Assembly: GCA_964035545.1 (NCBI GenBank)
Contig: OZ037766.1
Coordinates: forward strand, 21,564,767 to 21,628,766
Reading direction: 5' to 3'
DNA length: 64,000 nt
DNA from: Bugula neritina
Taxonomy: Eukaryota; Animalia; Bryozoa
Below, piece by piece: positions 26,143 through 37,700 of this stretch (its first letter is position 1; each line of letters opens with the position of its first letter). Both the position numbers and the translations under genes were made by a program. The notes beneath the pieces were generated by a model, which saw nothing but the letters and a program-made list of their open reading frames with translations, was not told the DNA's origin and did no database searches.

Positions 26143-27068
26143 CTGAATTTTTGTGTTAGAAAATATGCCCTATGTGACCCTATGCTTACAACTTTTTTTC
26201 AGGAACCTTGAAGTAACTGGGCAGCATAGGTATTTGGCTGTTACTGATGCCAGTGAATGACTTAAGCTGCCTGGTTCTAGTAAAAATAAAATTTTAGTAA
26301 CTGTAGTAACAACAATGCTAAAGTTGTTTTACTATGTTTCCTGTGCTTGTAGTTGTACAGTGAATTGTGTACTGCACTATCTGAATTTTAATGACTAAAG
26401 CTAGATCCAGGTCAGTAAAAGAATTTCAGTAGTTGTCTATATACATATTGGGTGAGCTAGTGCTACCATAATTTAAGTCCTACCGCAGAAAAAATGTTTT
26501 GAATACGCATGTTTTGTATCCACCATTTTACTTAATTGTATAGCTTTGGGTGAAAGTGTTTTAGCAATGAGGCTAGAACAAAATGTTAGATTTACAAAAT
26601 ATTTCAGAGTTATACTCATATTTTCTGTCCAGCTTGTACCTATTTCATATTTGGAAAGATCATAATAGAGTTTTATGTTATATTGCTAACTATATGTATC
26701 ATATATTAATTAAATATTATTGCTATTTCGAAGTTTTTCTTGTGAAGTTATTAAAATTTTTACTCTATTAATGCTAGTTAAAATTGAATGTTTTGGAAGC
26801 TATTTTAATTTAGGAGTTATTTGCTCAATTATAAAAGATTAGGGTTTGTCTCCCCATAACTTTATTTTTCTGACATTTTCAATAAATTTGCTGTTTTTAT
26901 TATTGAAAACTTATATTTTTAGCTTTTGTATTAAATATTAATAGTTTCTGCTTCTAAATTGAGTGGTTTGTCAAAAACATTCCATTTAAACTTTGTAAAA
27001 AAGGTTTTAGACACCAAGATATTATACGGCTTTGTTGTACTTATAGAATTGCTGCACGTTCTCAACTC

Positions 27069-27231
27069 ATACTTACCTGGCACAGGGGCATCCGTGATCA
27101 AGAAGACGGATCCCCCAGGAAGAGGCCTTACCATTGCACTTCGGTTTGGTTGACGCCTGCGATTATCCCAAATGTGGATAACTCGGGTGCGTAATTTTTG
27201 GTAGTGGGGGACTGCGTTCGCGCTATCCCCT
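27069..27231 (+). ncRNA. U1: U1 spliceosomal snRNA
   Basis: 5' ATACTTACCTGG; stem-loop I loop GATCAAGAAG (U1-70K site); stem-loop II loop ATTGCAC (U1A site); CAAATGTGG stem-loop III; Sm site AATTTTTGG; terminal GGGGGACTGCGTTCGCGCTATCCCC; ~163 nt. Confidence 0.97.
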
Positions 27232-27965
27232 AATAGTAACAAAATTATACTATGACCACCCCCTACAATTAAGATTGGTAGCTGGCTTATCACTGTTCTT
27301 AATAATAGGGCATTTCTTAGTAAGTTTGTGTAGATTTACTTTAGTGTCAACCAAGTCTTGATGAGAAGGAGCTATATTATTGTTCTTTTTAAATTACATA
27401 TTTTTCACTAACTGTCTTTCATCTACTTTATGCAGCTGCAATTTATAAAATTTGAAGGCTAATATGTGAAAAATTAAGTTTTATGTATATATTTTTATTG
27501 TAGAATTGATAACGCTTTTCAGTTAGTAGAATCTGCTAATAAAAAGATTTAATCTAAATTTTTACCTATTGAGTGCTACTAATGCTAACAGTTCACAAAG
27601 TTATGATTGATGGCTGATTATAGTAACTTAGGAACCAATGTATGCAAACTAACAAATTCTTGGCTCTTGAAACTTATTCAAACTTTTTATTGAAAGTTGA
27701 ACAACACACTACTGGTGTTAAAATATTTTTATATGGTTGTGTTTATACTTCTTACAATCTTATTTCTAAATCACCTTTTTTATTATGTTTATATTTGGTG
27801 CTATCAATAAATAATTGACAATTTCCAACAAAGCTCTGTGATTGCATATTCTTGAAATTTGTGTTTGCTAAAAGTATTTGTTATACAAGTAAAATGACAC
27901 ATTTTGTACACATCTCTTCCAGTGTTACATATGTCCAAATGTTACGAATTAAAGTGGTTGCTGAA

Positions 27966-28982
27966 CTATTCACTAAACATGGTTTCTCCAAAGCTGTTCT
28001 CTGTCAACTCGCTGTATGTCTGTAAGAAAGAGCCCTTCATTAGTTGTGACTGGTCTTCAGGTTTCCATGTAGATCCTGAGGCTTCAACTGTAGGACCAAT
28101 CAATCCTGTCTTATAATAAGTTTTTCTACTTTTCAGCACCTAGATAGACATGGAGGAAAAAGCCCTGTTGTAATTTGAAATTACACATGAGTTTTTATTT
28201 TGTCTACTGACAGTACTATTTATTATGCAAAAAGCATTTTATATATGTATCGACACATTTTCCTAAAATAACTCTAAGCTTTCCTTAATTCAAAAATATT
28301 GCAGTCACTGTAAGATGTTAATTAAAAGGCAGTGTAGTGAAAATAGTTTTGCTAGGTGAATTTGCTAAAAAAATAAAAATCTTATTTATACGATTAGTTG
28401 ATGAGTTGAAAGTTATGAACACATTGAAAGTTGCAGGGAATTGATTATGTATGGAGCTTTCAACCACATTTGATGACATAAAAGCTACCATTTTTAAGTT
28501 GGCTTTGATAGTGTTGACCTGGAATAATTTAATAAATAATATATACTTGTAGCTATACTCGAACCTACTGTAGGATTTTTATAGCTAATGAAAGGTTTAT
28601 CATGTTGGACTAAATACAGTCGAAGCATAGCAGACAGCTGAGCTAAGTGAAAAGGATTCTTTCTCCGTTCTAAATCCTAACTTTAGCTGTTGGAATCTGA
28701 AAGAGTATTTATTTCTGCTGGCCAACTCACCTCTGCCCTGGCCAAGTCTCTACCCACATCGTCGAGGGCGATCAAGAATCTCGCGATTTCTACGTCATCC
28801 TGCGAAATATTGCTGGTGGACTTGCTAGATCTTACAGAGTAGGCAATAAATGCCATGATAGAACTGCCGTAAAGAACCAACACTGCTACCGTGAATATCA
28901 GAGCACCCTCCGAGTCATATTCCTCAGCCATGTGATCAACTGTGGGAGTTACCTCATCATTGCTACCTGACAAGTGCTCCAT
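27966..28982 (-). CDS. Small single-pass membrane protein, ~141 aa, KCNE/MinK-like topology
   Basis: Exon 28731-28982 (acceptor tttgtattgtag before 28989, ATG 28982, donor gag|gtgagt) and exon 27966-28139 (acceptor ttttcctccatgtctatctag, stop TAG) join in phase 0. One TM helix ALIFTVAVLVLYGSSIMAFIAY followed by SVRSSK. Likely UTR-exon donor near 29172. Confidence 0.75.
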
Positions 28983-30727
28983 TACAGATCTACAATACAA
29001 ACTTATAAACATGTGAAATCAATGTACTGAACATAATAATTATTATTCTGCTTCATTTTCTCCTTTGTTATTTCAGCAGCAGAAAATAATTCAAATAATA
29101 ACAAATCACTTTGCAAATTATACCAGAACATTACGACTGGCAAAAGCAGCACAATAACACAGTATAACTCACTTCACTTTGCTAACTAATTTTTGTGTAA
29201 GCCAAATAATTATAATATACTCAGTATTCCCTACCAGTGTGTAAAGCAGTGTTGAGTAAGAGCCAATGCCTGATTGTGATTTAAAGCAAATACCCAGTTG
29301 AAATCGAGAAATATAGGAATGAATATTTGTTAAGATATCTCTGGTGGGCTAGGTACAACTACTCTCCAAGGACACCTTTTGCCTCTGAGTATACTTCTAT
29401 GAATAGATAGATCCAATGCATTGATCAATCTACAACATAGCTGTGGCTGGTCTGAATGTTGTTTCTTTCTTGAGAATAATGACTATATATCTATATTGAG
29501 AGACAATATTACCTCACTCTACTACCAGTGTATAGATTTAAGATCTTTTAATATAGAAGGAATATGCAATTAAATTTTTAGTTTGTTGTCAATATAACTT
29601 GAGAATTAATATCAATGGAAATGTATTTGTCATATTTTGATGAGATTTGTTTAAGATATTCTAAATATTGATCAGTTGAGGTGTCCGTGTGGGACTTTGA
29701 GTAAAACCAAAGCTTTTCATATCTACTAAATATAAATGTAAATTTATATAATAGCACAAAATTTATTAATTATCAACTTTCCCTTAATGCTAAACAGAAT
29801 TAATCATTCAACATTTAAATTTTGATGCAAGTTGAATTTGTCAGTGATGGTAGTTAATCAATACAATTTACCTTTGATCACTATTTAGAATTATCTTCTC
29901 TCAACAAGCCTACCTCGTTCACTTAAACTAGCTGTGAATATACAGATTTCCTTATACATAACCAAGCCTATATATTTTCCTGGTAATAGTTCCAGAAATG
30001 TTGAGTGGAACACTCTTGAGGTTGAAATAAATGGAATAACAAAACTGTGCAATTAATAAAATGCATATAATTTCGAGATTTGTCCAACTTACTATATACA
30101 TTGTGGTTTTGCTTGGCATTGCATTGAAAGTAACACTATTATCATCAATATCATAGTCATCATATCCTTAATGAGTTCAAGTATAAAGCACCCATAAATA
30201 CACCAGCAGTGTAGATTTGCTATGTATTCTAAATGACCTTAATTTTATTAATTCAATATTTAATTTTTTGTAGTAGTAAGCAATAAAAGCTGCACAAAAA
30301 TTCAAAGTTGTCAGAAAATCAATTTACAGGTTTGATACAAATGTAAATTTTGCTATAAAACTGGAGTTGTCTTCTTTCAAATACTTGCGCTTTGTTATTA
30401 AACAAATGCACGTGTACATAAAACGACCTTTCACCTTATTGAGTACTAAATATTTAACCAATGAGGTATCGTACTTTGCAAAAACGTCATTTCCACCCAA
30501 AACATTAATCAGCTGTTACTAGTACCAGTACCAGCTTATAAGAGTCAAGAGTCGAGTTCTGCCCAAGCTCATGTTGAGGCGTCTTTAAATACCCAATATT
30601 TGATTTGCCACTAATTTTCTTAGCTAGTATATTTTTTATTAGTCAAAGAAATAATGTAAGTGTTATTAATTTACAGTGAAGCTAGTATCTGGCAAAACTT
30701 GACAATTATACTTTTGTTTTGTTCGTT

Positions 30728-31280
30728 TGTAATACTAATACTAATAGTAATAGTAATAGTAATACTAATACTATTAGTAATCATAAGGATATTAGTACTA
30801 ATACTATTAATAGTAATACTAATACTAATAGTATTAATGGCTATAAATTGAACATTTAAAATATTTTTCTATTAAATTTTATTTAAATAATGATAATTAT
30901 TACACTTAGAGCCCATGCATGGAGTGATCATGGACTTACTCTTACTCTTAGAGTTAGACTGTTGATAAACATTCTCATAGTGATAGTAATACTGATAGTG
31001 CTAGTCCCATAGTTACTGATGATATAATTTTTGATATAACTTAAACTAATTAAAATTATACCTAATTTTATAATTTAAATTATAATTAGTTGTGAGTACT
31101 ATAATTATAATCATAATGTTTTTTCATTTCAATTTCATGCTCTACTTTTTCTGATCAAAATATAATTGAATATCAAATGTTTTTTGGAACAAAGAATATA
31201 TGGCGTTAAAATTAAAGTAATGGTAATGGTAGTACTATAGTATTATTATAGTTTTACTCATAGTAAGTCATAGTGGTACT
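30728..31280. repeat. Low-complexity TAATAC/TAATAG tract between divergent genes
   Basis: gtaatactaatactaatagtaatagtaatagtaatactaatactatt... and more degenerate units downstream. Confidence 0.7.
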
Positions 31281-31791
31281 AATAGAATTGATCTGAACTT
31301 GTAGGAAAAAAGCCTCCAGGTTATGCTGAAATTTGAATGCTATGGCTATAGTCATTTATTATATAATGTTAATATACATTATCTTTAAAATTATTAGTAT
31401 AACTTAACAGCATGATCAACTTTAAGCTTTTAGTTTATCAATTCAATAATTGCATTTGCTCGTTTGTTACTGCCAGTCATGATGTTTGTCGTCTGACTCC
31501 TGCTATATATAAATATTACTTCTTCTTTCAAAGTTGTCTAATTTTATACATAAGCTGTAGGTTATTAGTAATCTACTAGAGTTAGATCTTTACTCCAATG
31601 ATTAATAACTGCCCAATTTCATTTATCTTAGGCTTGCAGTTATTTTAATTAAAGTTACTTAAAGAACTTAGTTTTGCTATCTTTTTTTTGTACTTGACAA
31701 AAGCTGTGCCTGTAAAGAAGACTTGGTTAGCATCAGCTTAAGTGACCTTTCTAACCGCTAAATAACTGAAATAACTTGACGCTCATTTCAA

Positions 31792-34700
31792 ATGGATTGC
31801 ATCAGCTTCAACCAAGACTGCAGGTAAGTTCAACTTGGGTTTATGAGGGTTTTCACAAAAATCAAAGGAGATTATAGCTTGGAATACAAAAATAAGCTAA
31901 GGAATTAATGCCATTACCTGCAGATTGCTATGCTCCAAAATTATGGTTGTGTAAGAATGTATTATAGTTTAAATATGACTTTAATTTATATATGCCTTAC
32001 TTATCATGGCTATCAGCTATTATGCTCACAAACGTGGATCAGCAAACAACTTTTTTGTAAATTTGTATCTAGTTTTGATAATCTTATAAGAAAGATTTGA
32101 TGTTACTTGAACTAGAAGTGACCACAGTTTTAGATTATTAATTTTAATAGGAAATGTTTAGTAATTTAAATTAAATATATTTAAAAAAAGTTCCAGTCAT
32201 AGTCCTTACCAAATAAAATTTCAAACTCTTAAAAATCCCAGATCCTGAAAAAGTTGGTGGCTATCAGCTGATAAGATAGAGTAACAGATAAGGTTTCTAA
32301 GTTTGGGTTCACATGACTTGGGTGCATGCCAAACTTTTCGCCACTTACCACCAGATGCATTCCTTGGGGTCACCAATCATTCTCAAATACCATCGAGTCA
32401 AGTGGTTATTATGACTAGGCATAACATATAAGGACTTAGGAACCTAATTCTCTGGTTTTTATTGAGCACTACTTCCATGTAATTTAAAATAACTTCTTCA
32501 TTACATTCTTAGTTATTTTCAACTGCATCTAGTTGGCCTATATTTTTACTGCTATCGATAAATTTTTACAATATGCATTAATACGTTGTTTTCTGACAAG
32601 TATGAAATAAAAAGGAAAAGTTTACATTGAACATTTGCAAAACTTGTCTAGTCAAGTATTTTAGTTTTCACTCTACTTGGTTTGTCATATTGTAGTAATT
32701 TGGTGATTGGTTCAAAGAGTGGCTACCAACTTTACAATCTGAGTCACAAAGATGTTGGACAAGTGGTCAGGACTCATAGGAACAGTGAGTCATTTACTCA
32801 GCTAAGCTCACGTTAGTTGCTGCTGGGTTCTGCATACTAAGTTCAAGGTCTCTACTCAGTCTGCTGTACCAGCATTGGGTTACTTAATATTAGGAACTCT
32901 TACTCTACCACCACAATTCTAGCTCAGCTGCAGTGATTAGCATAAAGAAGTATACAAGTACACAGTGGTAGTACTTATTAAGTCTATTGACTGCTCGAAG
33001 CCATTATTCTAAATGACTTTAGTTGAAAAGATGAATGTCTTCCAGTATGAATACAAATCAAGTCACCCAGTTCTAATTTGCACTAAAGGAGTAAAACTAC
33101 TTTGCCAACTATCTCTTTACTCAACAAGAGTATGCAAGTTATAATAAACAACATAGTTGCAATTGAAGTGCAATGCTTATGACTCAATTTTTGGCACTGA
33201 TTTGAAATATTTGTTATTTCAATGTAAGAGAATTTTGTGATTTACAATTGAATACATCCTAGCCAAATGCCAGTTGCAAAACTACTATTGTTCAGCTAAT
33301 GATGTAGTTTTTCTACTATCACATTCAGAGTGTATTTCCTAATATATCATGTGCTATGACTAGGATTTGAACTGAACAACTTTAATTACTTTACTAGTTC
33401 TCTTACTTCGGTGGCCTACATTTCATTATGCAATCGTGCCTCAGTTGGCAAACTGCCAAATATGCGGGGTTATTGCCTTATCGAATCACGCGGCTGTGCA
33501 GGCTATTATTATAAATATAATAGCCCAGCTCGCTAGTGTAGAAGCAAAATTAGGAACAGCTGGCTTTGCAATTTACAAAAAAGGACTCAAATAGCAAACC
33601 TCTAACTATTGGAAACTACTAAGTTTGTCCGCTACCTACTTTACCTAATATAAGTTTCAGATTCTGGAGGTTTGAGGCTTTGTATACTCCTAAAATTGAC
33701 TGTCTTGAGGCAAATAAGCAGCTTTAATGCAACTACTTGTTGAGTTTAGATGCTTTTCGCCAGCCAAGCAAAAGGAATTATTGATCTGCCTACACAAAAG
33801 CCAACTTAACCAGCTTCTGACAGTACCATTGTATTTTGTAGGACCTGCACTTATAGTTTATCACAATACTTAATAGCAGATTTATATTAGCTATTTTATT
33901 ACCCAGTATTAAGGCCAGACTATTAGTTAAATGACATTAAATAAATTTTTAGTATTCATTAATTGCTTATATATTTTGTTCAACAAGCTTATTTATAATT
34001 GACCAATAGGGTTGTAGCATAGTAAATTGACTTCCTGTAGCTGTCAAGAAGAACCTCTGTCTGATAACGAGGCTGTTCAACAGCAGTCTCATAGCGCTGG
34101 TCACTGAAGACCAGAGGTCCACCCTCAAGTTGCGGCACCTCAAGAAAGATGCAGAAATCTGTGAGAGAAGCTACCGAGGAAACATCTTGGCTGTTAAACT
34201 AAACCGTCAGGTGCGTTAAAAGTCATTCCATAAAACTGAAAAAGACCTTTTAATGATATTAACCTATACCTTTAAATTTATCTTGTAGAACTGCCCTAAG
34301 CTTCGTTCTTTACCCAGTTCACAGTTTTTGTGAAAAAATCTTTTTCATTAAAATTAGATTTGAGAAGGTTCTTTCATTCTGATGCTCTAAGTTTTAAAAA
34401 AAAGTTTACCCTACATATAGAAATTCTTACCTGAATATTATGTGATACAATTCTAAAAGGTTTTTGTCAGCATTTTTACTGGTAATTATGCTGTCATGCT
34501 CATACCATCTGCTGCACCTGCCGGCTGACAATCTGTTCCCATGGTAACACAATAAAATTAGCTAACTTGTTTGGTCTCTTGGGGTTTGAATATTGCTTTT
34601 CATGGTTTGCAATAAAACTTATAGAAACTATTTTATAATTTCTACAACTTGTAGTGATTATGTAATATAGCACTTTTAGTGTTTCTAGCCAACCATTGCT

Positions 34701-37700
34701 GAAGGACATAGGAAGCCTTATTTATTCTTTTCTCAACTGCTCTATCCCAAAGGTTTATATCAAAGCTAGTTGATAGCTTGCTAGACAGTGTAGATAACTT
34801 GGGGCGCCTAAACAGACCCAAGACAATTTAAGAAAAGTTTTCACATTAGATTAGCTTTAGAAACTAGGCTCAACCTGTCCAAGTTATAGTCTGTTGCGGT
34901 GCTTCTGTGTTGAGAAGTGTTAATAAATAAGTTCTAAATGCTCTTTGTTGAATTATTGCAAGTCTTTATGATAATATAATATTATGTACTGATAGTATCC
35001 GAATGCTAAATTTCCTAGCATAGCTAATTCAATCTTTTAACAAGGAAACATCTGTCTCCCAGCTAACTTTATTGTAGCTCTTTCTTAGTTGAAGTTCCAT
35101 TGTTATTTTTTAATTAAACTCTTCAAAATACTCGTATATAATTATGTGTTGTGTATTGTAGAGACTAGTGGTGTGTCTCGCAGAGTTCTATATTATTCAT
35201 GACATCAGAGATATGAATATCCTGCACACAATCACGAGTCCTGTGAGAAACCCCACAGGTCTGTGCGCCCTCTCTGTGCTCAACCACTCTGCTCTACTGG
35301 CATATCCCTCCAGTGATGACTCTGGCACCTTAGAGATCTTTGATGCTCTCACTCTGGTACGGACACCTTGTCATTTTATGTTCCTCTTACTGCAGGAATG
35401 CTAAGACTTTTTGCTACTTTTAAATTTAGAATCTATCAAGGATTGCTTAAAATTTATCCAGTTGATGACGCTTTTGTTTTAAAAAATAACAATTACTTGA
35501 AAAACTATTTCTATTCAAAAATTATTTTCATTAGCTGCAGCGATTGAATAATTTATGCCTGTGCATGTAATAGTAACCGGGCAGCTGCTTGAATTACAGA
35601 ACTTAGCATTGTATAAGTGTCAAATATATGGTGATATGTGTTGACACTTGTATAATGTAATGCTAGCAATGTATGTTAGTAAAGTGTAACACCTAACCTT
35701 GAGGTTACTAACATACTATCTACACGTGATCTATCTACACAGCAATTACTTGAGTAAGTCTCAGTACGTATACTCAAGTAGTTGCTGTGTAGGTAGACAA
35801 AGTGACTTTCAATCTGATCTCATAATAGGACTAAAGGCTAAAGCCCTACAAATAATCCAGTTTTGTGTACAATGTGACAATTTCTAAAGTTACTATAGCT
35901 TATTCTTGTAAGAGCTTCATATTTAGACTATTGCTTTTGTGGAAAGCTGTTGTTTATACCAAACATGTTGCTACAGTGTTTTGAATTTAGAGGTAATTGA
36001 ATAATTGGGTTAGATTTTCAGTCTAATTGGTATCTTTACTACCTCTTGTCTTAACTGGCTTCTGCAGGTGTCAGTTATTTTATTTTCAAATCTTTGTGAA
36101 AACACAAAGTGTCAGCTGTCTTCTAAGCTTGTCACTTGTCTCTCATAAATACGATATTATTATATATTTGTTAATCTCATAATGCATTGTAAGTAGCATT
36201 GTTCAAACATAATATGCAATATTGTTTAGTTTGTAAATATTACATAATACTTTAGCATGTTTTATCTGTGATTTTGATTCTTCACTTTAGGAATTACAGA
36301 TTCAAATAGAAGCTCACAGCAGCAAGCTAGCTGCCGTGGCATTTAGCCACAATGCTGACATGATAGCTACTGCATCGTGCAAGGTATGACAACTCTAAAC
36401 AAAATTGAATATAACATTCTACAATTTAGATTAGGCTAGTTAAAATCAGTTTTTCTGAAACTTGGTTCAATAGTTCTAATTTTAAGTATAACTAATAGAA
36501 ATATTATAATGCCAACACCCACTTTACTATTTCATATGGAGTTATCACCACAATCTAAAACAGCTACTCTGAAATTGCTTTGTGTTCTCGTGATAAATAT
36601 TGTTCAATACATTACCTTGTCTGAGACTTCATACAGGTGTAGGTAAAGCTGTCATAATACACAATTAGTAGAACGTCTAGCCTTTAAAGTTTAATGTAAT
36701 TTATTTGTTTACTGTAGCAATAATTGATTTACTAATTTGTTGAGTTATGTATTTTAGGGCACAGTCATCCGCTTGTTTTCTGTTTCTACTGGAGAGAAGC
36801 TGATGGAGTTTAGAAGGGGCCTAAGAAGGTAAGATTTAAATGTTGTAGGTGCTTTGTGTAGCAAGTCTTAAAGCTCCAGATCTTTCTAATACTTCTGATT
36901 CTAGCAAGTAATTATAGCATCAAAAATCTGAAGTAATTTCCTCCAAGCCCTGTTATAAACTGAAAATTAGAATCTCAAGTTAAACAAAAATTTGCATTTA
37001 TACTCTACAAACTTTTAAAATTTTAATCTGGTGTTTGGGAATGATAGATTTTGTACTTTTTTTTATTTGAACTGATTCAGATATTTCACTTTAATTTATA
37101 GGGTAAAAACTCAAGATTTAAGATTCATTGAGAGCTCTGCATAATAAAACAAAGCAAATTGTTGGAACCAGCTAATTTGAATGGCTCCAAAATTAATGTG
37201 CCAACAATTTGCCACATAAAACTGTGTATAATTTGTACATTACGTTGTTGTCAACATATCTTTTGAAGGTGTGTTTCTATTTCCTCACTGGTCTTCAGTA
37301 AAGACGGGATGTTTTTAGTGGCTTCAAGCGACACTGAGACAGTTCATGTGTTCAAGGTGACTGAAAGGTGAGGACCAGAGTAAACTATCTGCTACAGTTT
37401 TTTCCAGATGCTTGTAAGATTAAACTGTTAGCAGTTCAAAACTGCAACATGAAACACAAGTAATATTGTGGATGTAGTTGTTAATAATACTTTCAACAGG
37501 CTTCATCTCTGCTCATGTGTGCAGGTAACGCAAATATTGGAGGTATAATGCTATTCAACGGCTAATGAAAAAGTGAAAATTTTTTTTCTATTTCAGGCTA
37601 CATTTAATTTATTTTTTACTTTCTAATTTTTATTCCTTTCATTAAATGTTTGTTATTTTTTAGCAAGGTTGACTATTGAGTGTATATCCTCACAGTTGAA

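Noticed and set aside
26081-26146. Possible C/D snoRNA (ATGATGA...CTGA)
   Set aside because: The would-be guide is the TIR of the 25817-26142 element, and there is no terminal stem.
26931-27293. 120-aa and 64-aa ORFs
   Set aside because: They overlap the U1 snRNA gene and have no protein features.
30660-30851. Highly hydrophobic 63-aa ORF
   Set aside because: Artefact of the TAATAC/TAATAG low-complexity tract.
33390-33540. Helitron-like 3' end (hairpin ggctattat/ataatagcc followed by CTAG-T) in WIPI intron 2
   Set aside because: The hairpin is AT-rich, there is no second copy in the window and no defined 5' end, so support is insufficient.
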